Assembly: GCA_951406725.2 (NCBI GenBank)
Contig: OX597816.1
Coordinates: 74,338,001-74,402,000, forward strand
From: Octopus vulgaris
Taxonomy: Eukaryota
Length of the DNA: 64,000 bases
Reading direction: 5' to 3'
Of the stretch, positions 25,671 to 38,693 are shown piece by piece (positions within the stretch are counted from its first letter, which is position 1; the number at the start of each line of letters is the position of its first letter). The position numbers were made by a program, and so were the translations under genes. The notes below the pieces were generated by a model. The model was not told the origin of the DNA and made no database searches. It saw only the letters and a list, made by a program, of their open reading frames with translations.

Positions 25671-25890
25671 CCCTTTTGATACCAACCCAGTTGAAACCAC
25701 CTCTGGCTCTGTAGTACAAATGTCTTGTTTTCATAAGTTTTGAATTAAAATCTTCCACCAAACCTTAGTCACAATTTATGTTCCTAACAGTAGCTGAATG
25801 ATAACTAAGTTATTTTACTAAATTCTTTGCTATATCTAAAATTAATTGAAAGAAACACAACATCTCAACAGAAATATGGTAACAAAAGGG
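25671..25890. mobile_element. piggyBac-type MITE, copy 1
   Basis: TTAA|CCCTTTTGATACC ... GGTAACAAAAGGG|TTAA. Confidence 0.85.
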
Positions 25891-25921
25891 TTAAAATATA
25901 TAAGAGAGAAACAATTCTTAA

Positions 25922-26143
25922 CCCTTTTGATACCAACCTGGCTGAAACCACCTCTGGCTCTATAGTACAAATGTCTTGTTTCCAAAAGTTCTGAATTAAA
26001 ATCTTCCATCAAACCTTAGTCATAATTTATGTTCCTAACACTAGCTTTATGATAACTAAGTTATTTTACTAAATTCTTTGTTATATTTTAAATTAATTGA
26101 AAGAAACAAAGAGCATCTCAAAATAAATACAGTAACGAAAGGG
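25922..26143. mobile_element. piggyBac-type MITE, copy 2 (a partial third copy starts near 42848)
   Basis: Similar to copy 1 along its length, with TTAA|CCCTTTTGATACC ... GTAACGAAAGGG. Confidence 0.8.
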
Positions 26144-28204
26144 AAAAACTGTTTATGTCTCAGAGTATGAGATCTCCTCATCATCATTTAACATCCGTTT
26201 TTCATGCTGGCATGTTTGGATGGTTTGATAGGAAAAGGTTGACAGCCACTCAAAGTTTTATGCTGTGTAATCTTTCATCAGAAGTAACTGTCAACATTTT
26301 CCTTGTAAAATAAAAAAATTAAAAATGGTCATTCTACCGAAGGATATTGAGGGATTCTTTGGTTTTATGTTTGACTATTTTATATTTAACTATACATAAA
26401 AAATAAACATATTTCTATCTCATTGTTTTGATGAAAATTGTTCATTGCTTGAAAAATATTGGTCAAGTTTAATAAAATTTAATATGTACTCAATGCATGA
26501 AGTGTCACTGTTGGACCCAAGGCCCAATGAAGAGCCCTCCACAGGAGCTTGTTTAAAAGCTGCCCGACAGGGCGGCTTATAAGCTAGTATGTATATATAT
26601 CATCATCATCATCGTTTAACATCCATTTTCCATGCTGGCATGGATTCGATGTTTTAACTGAGGTCTAGAGAGCCAGAGGCTGCACCAGGCTCCAATCTGA
26701 TCTGGCAATGTTTCTACAGCTGGATGCCCTTCCTAGCACCAACCACTCCGAGAGTGTAGCGGGTGCTTTTTACATGCCACCAGCACAGGAGCCATTCAGG
26801 CAGGCCTGGCATCAGCCATGATCGGATGGTGCTTTATATATATATATTTTTTAAAACAGAAAAAGCAAATGGTTTGGCATGACTTGACAAGCTATACATG
26901 CTGGTGCCGTGTACAAAAGCACCCAGTATACTTTCTAAAGCAATTGGCATTAAGAAGGGCATCCAGCCATAGAAACCATATCAAAACAGATAATTGGAGC
27001 TTGGTGCAACTTTCTGCCTTGTCAACTCCTGTCAAACTGTCCAACCCATGCCAGCATGGAAAATGGACATACAATGATGATGGATATTAGAAGGCATGAA
27101 ACTATGAAATGTCTTGTAAAACAACAACAAAGTATTAAAAATTTAAAGACTATTAGATTATTTTCATGGTAATATGAATAATAAACATTTCTTTTCTACT
27201 CTAGGTACAAGGCCCGAAATTTGTGGGCAGGGGACCAGTTGATTAGATCAAACTCAGTATGCAACTGGTACTTAATTTATTGACCCAAAATGGATGAAAG
27301 GCAAAGCTGACCTTGGTGGAATTTGAACTCAGAATGTAAAGACAGATGAAACACCAGTAAGTATTTCTCCTGGCGTGCTAATGTTTTTGCCTGCTTGCTG
27401 CTTTAAATAAGAAACATTTCTGATGATACAAATGGTCATCATTGTTATTCAGAAATAATTTATAGAAAAAAAAAAGTTTTTTGATGATATGAACAATAAG
27501 GTTCTAATCAGAATGTTTTTTTATAATTGGACTTTGCTTACCAAAAAAAAACCAAAAAAAAAAAAACCACTGATATTTTAAATGACCAATGAAATGAAGA
27601 AATGTTGGACTAGATGCAGACACCAAGTTATCCATATCCACTGCCCCATGCTAACATAGATTATATCACTGGCTGAAAAAAAATAGTAACTATCAAAGCA
27701 TAAGCTATTTTTTTTTCCAATTTGAATGGCCTTTCCACCCACTACTACCAGCTTCAATCTTAAACTGTCAGGTTGTAATAGCCCTTATTTATTTAGCTTG
27801 ATAACACAGAAGCAATGATTATTGAGAGATAAGAGCTTACACCTTAACCTCAGAGCCAATTTTACAGGACAAATTATCTACATATTGATACGCTAAGGCC
27901 AAAATGCATTACACTGTCATTTGGTTAGCTGAAGGAAGAGGTGAAGAGGGAGAGAGAGAAGTGTTAATGAAGTGATATTGGGTGGGGGGATGTAACAGTT
28001 ATTACACTAAGACACTGTCAAGTGGTTAGTTCATAGGAGAAACGAAAAGAGAGAAAGACAGAAATGTGTTGCTAAGAAATAGACAGAAGGGAGAGATATA
28101 AATGTGTTAAGTGCAGAGGCATGTAGTACAGCTAGAGAGAGAGAGAGTGAATGATGACTGAAAGGAATGCAAGAGTGGGAAGTAGTTACCTGATTTTAAA
28201 TGTA

Positions 28205-28206
28205 AT

Positions 28207-28242
<36 letters not shown>

Positions 28243-28645
28243 GTAGGTAGGTAGGTAGGTAGGTAGATAGGTAGATTGGTAGGTAGATAGATAAATAGAA
28301 AGATAGATAGGTAGATTGGTAGGTAGATAGATAAATAGAAAGATAGATTGGTAGGTAGATAAGTTTCTTTATTGGCCACACAGGGCTGCACACAGATGGG
28401 ACAAGTTACAAGGTAGAGCTTTTCTTTTGGGGGATGAAAAAAGGGGGTGGCGTAGGTTTTCGATCAAGAGGGATTGTAAAAGGGATGAAGGTAGATAGAT
28501 AGGTAGGTATGTAGATAGGTAGACAGATAGGTAGGTAGGTATGTAGATAGGTAGGCAGACAGGTAGGTAGACAGGTAGGTAGACAGGTAGATAGATAGAT
28601 AGATAGCTGAATAGATAGGAAGATGGATAGGTAGGTAGATAGACA
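28205..28645. repeat. Compound (TAGA)n/(TAGG)n microsatellite with a short interrupting repeat
   Basis: Directly visible tetranucleotide arrays. Confidence 0.95.
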
Positions 28646-29499
28646 GATTGCCCCTTCAACACTGCTTGTGTAGATTTTTACATCTCAAGAATCAAATGTT
28701 TCAGAAAACTATACAACTTCCTCATACAATTTTCCACAGGTACTGCTAGTTGTTGTTAATTCTTTCTAATCTTGGCACAAAGCCAGCAATTTTGAGGGGA
28801 GGATTTAAAATAATTACCCTGACTCCACTTCTTGATTGGTACTTCCTTTTTTTTTTATTGACCCTGAAAGAATGAAAGGCAAAGTTGATTCCGTCCAATG
28901 CATTAACAATTCTGCCAGTTCATTACCTTGATAATAACTAGGCCTGATATTTTAGGGAGGGGGTAAGTTGATTTCATTGACCCCCAGCGTTTCACTGGAA
29001 CTTAATTTATCGACCCCAAAAGAATGAAAGACAAAGATGACCATGATAGAATTTGAACTCAGAATGTCAGGATGGACAAAATGCCACTAAGCATTTTGCC
29101 CAGCATGCTAATGTTTCTGCCAGCTCTCTGCTATTATAATAATAATAATAATACTGAGGATAGAACATGCTCAGAAAAACTGTTTTATTGAGGACAGCGA
29201 GTGTGTTTCAGATTGATACTTGGATGATAAGTACTGTGGAAAGGGACCCTGTGAGACCCTTGACAACAGGTTGTTGTCCACTCTTACAGAATTAGCTGGA
29301 GGAAGTGAAATCAACTGTTCTGAGAAGCAAAATGGAAATAATAAAGTCATTGACTCATATATATATGCTAGCATGGAAGACGGACGTTAAATGATGATGA
29401 TGATGATGATATATATATATATATATATATAATGAAAAATAAAAAAAAAATTCAGGAAAATAAAAGAAATTTGCATTAAATTAGAAATAATGACAAAAC

Positions 29500-29750
29500 A
29501 GCATCCTACAATGAAATATGATTTATTCACATGGAAAAAGAATTTTCAGAAAATCAGTAGGCATACAATAATGGCTGAGACTGTCAGAAGCTAAAGTTTT
29601 ACATGAATTTCTTCCTTCACAGTCATTTAAAGTGAAAAATGGGAATAGTACTGTTGCTGTCGTACTCTTCCAGCAAAGTTCCAGTGAATTTCTATGAACA
29701 TAATGACTAACTAGTTGGAAACAAAGTACCAGGATGTATAGTGACTTTCA

Positions 29751-29795
<45 letters not shown>

Positions 29796-30658
29796 AGTGA
29801 GTGTGTGTGAGTGTGTATGTGTGTGTGAGTGTGTGTGTATGTGCGTGCTTATGTATATGTGTAAAAAAATGTTTAATGATTCATCTGTGTGGATTTTAAC
29901 TTAAAACAACAGTCCACGAGATTGAAATAACAGTTTAATAAAGAATAGAATAGAGTTTAAGCTTTGGAAACAAAAAAAAACAAAAGACTAAAACAAAGGC
30001 AAGAGATAAGAAATGAAGGAATAATAACGTAACTCAAGAGATATCAAGAAAAAAACGTGATATTTCAATTATTATACATTTGAAACTCTTTTCCTTTTAT
30101 TTTCTTTTTTGTTGTATCATTTGTTTACAACCACAATCTCATAGAAATGTCTTTTGAAAGATTGGTTCCAACACTGCTGTGGTCTAAGGAGGTTGCAGTG
30201 CTGGAGGAATCATATGAGAGAGAGAGAGAGAAAGAGAGAAGTCAAGTGAAAGAGGTTTGTTGTGTGGTTCTATCATTGGTTGTTAGGTTTAAGTAAAGGA
30301 CACTGAGACAAGGTGACTAACAACCTAAGAAGGAAAGAAGGGAGTAAACAGGTTGAGCAATGTAACCCTAAAATAAAAGAGATGGCAGGAAGGAAAGGAA
30401 GAGGTTTGTGATGAAACCAGAGAAGGGATTTTGTTAAAAGCTTTAATGAGGATTTTTCACTGCTTGGTAAGGTGAAATCAATGAGGAAGAGAATGATGAA
30501 TTACCACAGTGTTTTATGTGAAAGCCAGCCATAGATACCAGTAACAAACAACTTCTTCCAACCCATCAGAGGAGTAGTAGTAGTAGTAGTAGTAGTAGAA
30601 GTAGTAGCAGCACACTTGCAGCCTTCTCATGCCTCAGGCAAACTCGTAGCCTCTTCAC
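29500..30658 (-). other. Probable KDELR 3' UTR ending near an AATAAA signal at 29527-29522
   Basis: U-rich, mostly unique sequence after the stop. The plus-strand tttatt at 29522-29527 is AATAAA on the minus strand. The end point is inferred. Confidence 0.5.
29753..29860. repeat. (TG)n microsatellite in the putative KDELR 3' UTR
   Basis: Directly visible. Confidence 0.95.
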
Positions 30659-30693
30659 TCATGCTGGTAGAGTAATCTTTTTGCCTCGTAAAA
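30659..30693 (-). CDS. KDELR: KDEL receptor terminal coding exon (35 nt including stop)
   Basis: Acceptor ttttcctcttccag| then (V)LRGKKITLPA-TGA, the canonical di-lysine tail. Exons sum to 91+260+253+35 = 639 nt = 212 aa plus stop. Confidence 0.95.
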
Positions 30694-32059
30694 CTGGAAG
30701 AGGAAAATAAAAATAAAAATCCAAGAGCTGTCAAAGAGGGCAAGAGAAGGTTGTCAATGTAAAGCTTTGAAATATTTCAGAATCTTCATAGAAAACCTAT
30801 TGATTCTATTCACCATAGTTTCACCTCAAAGACCATAAGACAACTACCAAAACAAGTCATCCATTAGTATGAAGCTTAAAAAGATTCTGGCTTTCAACCC
30901 CTTTTTATTTTTACCAATATATAAAAAGCAAAAAAAAAAATCTAAAACCAAAATACTTTATGAGAGCAAAGAGAAAAACGAGACCCTAAAACAGGACCCT
31001 AGTAGCAATTAAGACAAGACAACTTTAACCACAACTAATTGTAAAATAGATATTTATGGCCAACAAATAAAACAGGAATAACCAAGGTTTCTGAAACCAT
31101 GAAGAATAGCGCAAAAAAAAAAAAAAAAAGAAGAAATCTGAAAATTAAGAAAGTAGAGATACATCATCATTTAATATCTGTTTCCCTTGCTGGCAAGGGT
31201 TGGATGGTCTGAGAGGAACCAACAAACCAGAGCTGAGCAAAATATGCTGAGCTCCAGTGTCTGCCCTGGCATATAGATATATAATGAAATGCAAAAAAAT
31301 AATCATAACCAATTACGCATTTATATCAATACAAGTACCGAACCTCTTATCCAGAAATCCAGCTATTTTTGAAATTGGTTAGCTTTGAATTTTGCAGGCT
31401 GTAGAAGTTCGCTGTATGGCTTCTTTGTTTTTGTTTCTATGGTATATGTGTCACACGACGCCAGTTCCTGTGTGACTGCTGCTGTGTGGACGCCTTTCAC
31501 TCATAGTTAAGTGGTTATTTGTTTTAATTTATAATTTTTATTTATTACCATGTCTAAAAAGCCTATGTCCAGGAATGTGGAAAATCCAGAAAACCTCCAA
31601 TCCCAAGGTTCGGTACCTGTATAAACATTTATACATGTATAGGCAGTTACATATGCATGTGTGTAAATACATATGCATATGGGTGTTTATATGTTGTGTG
31701 ATTATGTGTGCGTGTATACTATATATATCTTGTGATCAATCAGACTATTGGATGTTGTTATACATTGCTGGTCACAATGCACTTTGTATTGTTTTAGCTT
31801 TCAAATGATGCCACTCTATTAGCCAGGTGAGTAGGCCAACATTGCCCCTGGTCAGAAGGCTAGTCCATCACAGGGGCAACCTATTTACAGCTGAGTGGAC
31901 TAGAGCAATGTGAAATGAAGTGTTTTGCTCAGGAACACGTGTTGCTCAGTTTGGAAATTGAACCCATGGTCTACTGATTATGAATGCATCACCCTAATTG
32001 CTTAGGTTATGTGCTTTCACATGTGTGTGCATGCGTGTATATGTATGTATGTTGGCTGA

Positions 32060-32600
32060 ACCTTAAAAACTCCAGACACACAGATCCTGAGGACAGCTGA
32101 TATCTTGAGTATTGAGGTGATTGTGCACGAACACCGGTTACTTTGAACTGGACACCTTATTAGAATGAAGGATAGCAGGATCCCTAAGCAGATGCTATAT
32201 GGGGAACTTGTGAATAGAAAGAGACCCCAGCAAAAACCAAGGCTGCGATTTAAGGACTGTGTCAAGTCCTCATTAAAGGCCTGTGATATGCAGGAGACTG
32301 ACTGTGAGAACAATGCATGTCATCGCCACAGATGGAGGAAGCAGGTTAAAGGAGTCGACACTTTTGAGAGAGTACGTATTCAGCATGAAAATCTTGAGCA
32401 TGCTACTTGAAAGCGCACTGCTGGTGTAGTGAATGGGGAAAGCTTGGTCTGCAATGTTTGCAGTCGTGTATGCTTGTCAAGAGCAGGGCTCATAAGCCAT
32501 CAACAGAGCCGCAAATACAAAATATAAGTTAGTCCTAGAGTGCACAGTGTTCCTGAAGGTCAGCAATGGTCCTCGGTCACGAGTGGATGGCCATCATATA
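32060..32600 (+). mobile_element. RTE-clade LINE 3' fragment
   Basis: GHLIRMKDSRIPKQMLYGEL...RPQQKPRLRFKDCVKSSLK followed by a C2H2-like motif CNVCSRVCLSRAGLISHQQS. Confidence 0.85.
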
Positions 32601-33379
32601 TATACACACACACACACATAAATAGAAAACCATTTGTCCATTCCTCAAATATGAACAACCAATATGTACTCTACAAAAAAAAATATTTAATTATAAAACA
32701 ATAGAAATACTTCTAAAAACAGAATAGAAAAATATGGAAAAAGACAAGACTAACATTTTATAAATAAAATACTTATAACTTTCACTTCATATTTGAAAGA
32801 GCAAGAAAACTCAACACTAAGTAGATGTAAATATATTTCCTACATCAAAAAAGCAACTGCCAATTGAAGAGAAGATCTGTTTTGAATTTGTAATAGAGCA
32901 AAAGTTAGGTTTAATAATGTGACTGTCTTGGGCTTCCAGTGAACCCTAACCTCACTAAATACAACTGACAGAGGATTTAAAAACTGACAATGGAATAAAT
33001 ATTGACTAGCAAAAATAAACGTTCAATATAATATATTTGGTTTTGTTTTTGATCTATTTCTAAGTAAAACATTACAAATGTTGCATCACCATTAGAAGTG
33101 TTTGAAAACTGTAATTTAGCTCAATTACAGTGTAAGCAATTAAAAAAAAATTATATAATTCTTTTTAATGTTGGTATAAGGGTTTCAATTTTAAGAGGAA
33201 GGGAGTCAGTTGATTACAATGACCCCCACCATTTGACTAATACTTTAATGACCCTGAAAAGAGGAAAGCAAAGTTGACCTAGGTAGCATTTGAGCTCAAA
33301 ACATAAGGAGTTGACAGAAAATTTTACTAAACATTTTATCTGACATCCTACCAATTTTGCTAGCACATTGCCTTAAGAA

Positions 33380-33667
33380 TAAAGATAAGCAGTCCTAAAT
33401 GACCATAATGAAGCAGCTGAAGAAGTCGAAAAGATGACCAACTCTGCAAAGGTGGAACTAGAAAGAAAGAGCAAGACCACTACCAAAGTTGTTCCTGTAG
33501 TTGTAGAGACACTGGGGACCATATCAAAGAAACTGCTACAATTCTTTGACTAACTTAAAATCAAATATGATATCAGCACTGAACCAAAACAATGCCTTAT
33601 TAGGTACTACTTAGACCTGATGGAGAGATCTTAAAAAAACTAATTTTAGGAACTGAGAAGCACAAGA

Positions 33668-33670
<3 letters not shown>
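33380..33670 (+). mobile_element. Second degenerate R4/Dong-like 3' fragment
   Basis: KVVPVVVETLGTISKKL motif followed by (AAT)n. Confidence 0.55.
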
Positions 33671-33698
<28 letters not shown>

Positions 33699-34349
33699 GT
33701 TTCAATTTTTTGGCATGAAACCAATAAGTTCAGGGTGGGGACTAGTTAATTACATTGACTCCAGTAACTGGTACTTATTTTATCAATGTTAAAAGGATGA
33801 AAGGCAAAGTCCACCTCAGCAGAATTTGAACTCAGAACGTAAGGATGGACAAAATATCATTAAGCATTTTGCCCGGTGTGCTAACGATTCTGCCAGCTTG
33901 CCACCTTATTACAATAATAATAATCCTTTCTATTATAGGCACAAGGCATGGAATTTGAGGGGAGGGGAATAGTCGATCACACTGACCCTAGTAGATGACT
34001 AGTACTTAATTTATTGACTCCCGAAAGGATGAAAGGCAAATTCAACCTCAGTGGAATTTGAACCCAGTATGTGAAGACAGGCAAAATGCTACAAAACATT
34101 TTGCCCAGCATGCTAACAATCGTGCCAGTTCGCCACCGAATAGCCTCTAACATAGGCACAAAGCTACAGAACCGAAGGGAGATGTCAGTTGATCAAACCG
34201 ACTTGACTAGTATTTTATTCCACCAAATCCACAGAGGGATGAAAAGGCAAAGTTGACTTCAGTATAATTTGAATTTAGAAAAGTAAAGGGCCATAATTAA
34301 ATAGCAAAAGGCACTTTGTGCAACATCCTAACAATCCTGTCAATCTACT

Positions 34350-34404
<55 letters not shown>

Positions 34405-34406
<2 letters not shown>

Positions 34407-34890
34407 TGGGTTATTAGCTGAAAGTGTGGCTTCAAAGTAACAGAAAAGTGTTATGAAGCTGAACCAAAAGCTGTGATAGAAAATAATTACAGGATTTTAT
34501 GGGACTTCCTTGCAAAGATTGACAACACTATTAAAGCAAGCAGACAAGACATGATTACTGTGACCAAAAAGAAAAGCAGATAATGTAAGATCATAGAGTT
34601 TGCAATACCATAACAGAGTGGACACCAAAGAAATGGTGAAAAAAAAAACTGAGAAATATCAGGACCTAGCTAGACAGATGAAGCAATACTAAGCTGACCG
34701 TTATTCTTGTGGTAATGGATGCACTTGGCACAACACCACAATTGCTCCCTAAGAGTCTGAAGGATATTGAAATTGAGACTTGCACTGCAAAGTGCAATCC
34801 TGTATTCTGCAAGAACCCTAGAAAGATTCTCGAGATTTGTCATTACCAAACCTCAAGACACCATCCTTGTTAACTCATATAGAATGTAAT
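34405..34890 (+). mobile_element. R4/Dong-like restriction-endonuclease LINE 3' fragment inside (TAA)n
   Basis: WDF...IKASRQDMI...CKIIEFAIP...KTEKYQDLARQMK...VVMDALGT is a REL-domain pattern. Flanked by AAT repeats. Confidence 0.75.
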
Positions 34891-36834
34891 AATTGTTGTT
34901 GTTATCATAATAATAAAAATAATAATAATCTCATTCATCGTAAAAATTTTCTTAGATTTAATTACTAGAATTATAAGACATTTATCACAGAAAATTCTAC
35001 TGGATAAAATTTACAATATTCAAGATCGAGTAGACGCAAGTGGAAATGTGTAAAACTGGATTTTAAGTTTAATTCTATGAATAACATATTTGTGAATATT
35101 GAGGTTTTTTTTGTTCATAAAGATTAAAAAAATAGAATACACATAATATGTATTAAATGTAATCAGAAAGAAATACAATGTATAAGAATGTATTAAATAC
35201 AGCAGTGTTTGTGCAGAAGGGAGTCCTAATTTGCCCTTCTCTATGAGTATTATGATATGTTGTATAAAAAAAATTTTTTTAAAAAAAGGAAGAAAAGGTG
35301 AATAAAACAGAATTAACTTTCAGAAGGCAAGTGTGGTAAAAAAAACAAAAATTAATTCTGAAATATAATTATACCAAGAAATTAATTACCTAACACTCAC
35401 AAAAATAGTGAATGTGTGTGGTGATACATGATCATTACACAGTATTAGTATTCCATTAATGAAAGGCAATGCTTTGGCACAAAATAATTATATATTTAAC
35501 CATTTTCTGATTTAAGCCTCTTGTGTGGAAGACAACATGAGAAAAAGTTGATACTTGATGTTTTCACGTGTAAAATATAGCAAATATTTCCTTCAGATAT
35601 ATTTTATTAATTTTAAAAAAAAAAACAGAGAGGGGGGAGAAAATAAATAAAAATCTATGTTAAGATGCATTCAGTTTTTAAAAATATTTTCCATATTTAA
35701 TTTTTGTAGTTTTTGCAAGACATTTTCTCAAATAAGATTAGTTGTCTATCAAAATTGCAGGGAGAGAAAGAGAGAGAGAGAGAGAGTGCTAAAATCAGTA
35801 TCAAAATTAACTTTTTATGTCATTAGAAATTATTATTCTTAATTTTGACACAAGGCCAGCAAGTTTTAAGGGAGGGAGTAAGTTGATTATGTCGACCCCA
35901 GTATTTGACTAGTATTATTTTAAAGACCTTGAAAGGACGAAAGGCAAAGTCTACCGCAGCAGAATTTGAACTCACAATGTAAAGAGATATGGAGAAATGC
36001 TGCTAAGATTTTGTCTGACATGCTAATATTTCTGCCAGCTTGCTGCCTTAATGGTTTCAAATTTTGGTACAAAGCCATCAATTATGGGAGCTGGGGTGAG
36101 TTGATTACACTGACTCCAGTCTTTCCCAGGTACTTATTTTAATTGATCCTGAAAGGATGAAAGGCAAAGTCAACTCTGGCAGAATTTGAATTTTGAATTC
36201 TTGCCCAATGTGCTAACGATTCTGCCAGCTTGCCACCTTAGGATGAAGAATATTAATAAATTTATAAATCAATCCTTCAAGGCAAAAAAAAAAAAAAAAA
36301 ATTAAAATAACAATAAAAGAATTAATGGTTGCATGACTCCAAATATATTCCTATATTGGAAATAATGAAAGTTGAAAAAAGGGATTTTAAAACAGCTAAA
36401 ATGTAGGAAGCCACCAGAAATAGATAAATCTATAACCAAAATTGAATAGAAATTAGGCGTTATTTAAAACCCGACACTAATTATGATTAAGTCCACTGAA
36501 AATTAATCTTCATAAATATTCTGGAGCACCATTACAGAGATTTAAACATTAAAAAAATTTAAGATATATATTATATATATATATATATATATAATATATA
36601 TATATATAGATTGACAGAACACGCCTGTATTAATAGAATAAATCGATATTCATTAAGTAAATGCTTAATATAGTTTCATCTATTAATATTCATTGGAGAA
36701 AATTAGACAGCTTTCTTAAAAGTAACAAATTGTATTTTTTTTTTTGCTTGCAGTTATTTTGAACTCTTAGCAAAAGATTTCTGTCTAAACAGACAATATT
36801 GATCCAGTTTCTTTGGCAAGATCTTTGTAGTTAC

Positions 36835-37087
36835 CTTTTGTGATATATAGATAGAAGAAGTCACAGTAAAGTATAGTCTGCACACATCCAGAAACAACAG
36901 CAATGAGATCAAAGAATCCCTCGAAGTAGTAACGATAAATCCAGTTTAGGATGTACAGGAAGCGATAGCTTCCCAGAGCAAACAGGTAGTGGCTGGTAAT
37001 ACTCTCAGCTTCGCCAGTCTTGCTCACCATGAACAACTGAGGCAAAATTGCTACAGATTCCAAGTAAATAGAGAAGGTCCACAAAAT
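36835..37087 (-). CDS. KDELR: KDEL receptor coding exon 3 (253 nt)
   Basis: Polypyrimidine tract plus cag| then [19 protein letters not shown]...[13 protein letters not shown]...[11 protein letters not shown], donor AAG|GTAACT. Contains the PQ motif, E127, Y158, R159, R169 and D193. Confidence 0.97.
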
Positions 37088-38092
37088 CTGGAAAAAAAAG
37101 AAGAAAAGAAAAAAAAGGATAAAATGAAGCATTGATAAAGAAGCTGAGGAATTCAGTATATATATATGTATATATATATATATGCCAAGTGTATAAAGAT
37201 GTAGATTATTAATTTACATTGGGTCATCCCATAAATAATGCGATTTTTCTAACTGCATGAACAAAAAGTTGGATGGGGATGGGATAAATAATTAGCACAA
37301 GGTCAGCACTTTTAATGGGAGGAGGTGTTAGTCGATTTCATTAACTCCAGTACTTGATGTTACTACAATTTATTAGCTCCGGAGGAATGAAAGACAAAGA
37401 TGATCTCAGAAGGATTCGAACTCAGATTGTAGCAAGCCTGAAGGAATACTGCAAAGCATTTCTTCCAATATGGTATTTCCTGCAACTCATTACATTATAA
37501 GTTCAAATCCTGTCAAGGCCATCTTTGCCTTTTGTCCCTCTGAGCTTGATTTTTATCAAGTGCCAGTCAAGTACTGGGGTTGATGACATTGACTAAACGC
37601 CTCCCCTTAAAACTGCTGGCACAAGGCCAAAATATGAAACCATTTATCATCATCATCATCATTTAATGTGTTTTACATGCTGGCAAAGGGTAGATAGTTT
37701 GACAGGTGCCGGTAAGCCAGGGAGCTGCACAGGCCCCAATTGTCTGTTTTGGCAGGGTTACAGTGGCTGAATGCCCTTCTCAATGCTAGAGTGTACTGCA
37801 TGCTTTTTACATAGCACCAGTATGAGAGCTTTTATGTGGCACCAAATCTTTCTACTAATAGCTGTAAGGCCTGAAATCTGTGAAGAGGGAAACAGTTGAT
37901 TACATCGACCCCAGTACTCAACAGGTACCTATTTTATTGACCCCAAAAGGATGAAAGGCAAATCAACCTCGGTGAAATTTGAACCCAGAATGTAAAGACA
38001 TGAAAAGCCACTAACCATTTTGTCCAACATGCTAGCAAATAACAACAAACATAGAAATACAGTATTTAAAACTAGATAAATGGTGTACGTAC

Positions 38093-38352
38093 CTCTAATA
38101 GAGTGAATTCAGAGTTGACCAAAACGGAAAGGCCACCAACGGGGACGACCAAAAACTCTGCTCGAAACGTGTCGTGGTTGCTGTCATAGGTTGCCTTAAA
38201 CTTGTAGTAGATGAGGAAGACAGTGAAATAGGAGGAAGCAATGAAGAATGCCTTCATTATTGTATTATAGAAAGATATGAAGGATGTGAACAGATCTAAG
38301 TAACGAGTTGTGAAGACCAAAGCAAACAACACTTGGCTTTTGCCAGATATAC
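38093..38352 (-). CDS. KDELR: KDEL receptor coding exon 2 (260 nt)
   Basis: Acceptor ttttcag| then (G)[21 protein letters not shown]...[12 protein letters not shown]...EFTLLE, donor GAG|GTACGT. Contains R47, Y48, D50 and E117. Overlaps ORF 38072..38422. Confidence 0.97.
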
Positions 38353-38434
38353 CTGAAAAAATAGAGATAGAAATACATGAAATATATCTCAGGTATTTAT
38401 TTATATATACACACACATTCATTATTTATAATAT

Positions 38435-38530
38435 ACAAGCAATGCGTCCCAGCGTTGCCCGGGTGTTACGTCCAACAGCCACAGCTGATATATACACACA
38501 TAAACTCCCTTTTATACGTATGTATATGTA
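38435..38530 (-). mobile_element. Short degenerate Helitron-like element just upstream of KDELR exon 2
   Basis: Hairpin CCCGGGCAACGCTGGG followed by a degenerate CTAG end, similar to the 59180 element. Confidence 0.45.
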
Positions 38531-38654
38531 TGCATATATATATATATATATATATATATACTGATTGAAAGCAATATCAATAAATAAGCAATACCTTTGA
38601 TGATGATGATGATTGGACTGAGTAGTTTGAAACCTAAAGAGTTTAATGTGTATG

Positions 38655-38690
<36 letters not shown>

Positions 38691-38693
<3 letters not shown>

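Noticed and set aside
28107-28662. Low-complexity ORFs (YLSI/YLPT repeats) and similar poly-I, YIYI and CVCV ORFs elsewhere
   Set aside because: They are translations of microsatellites.
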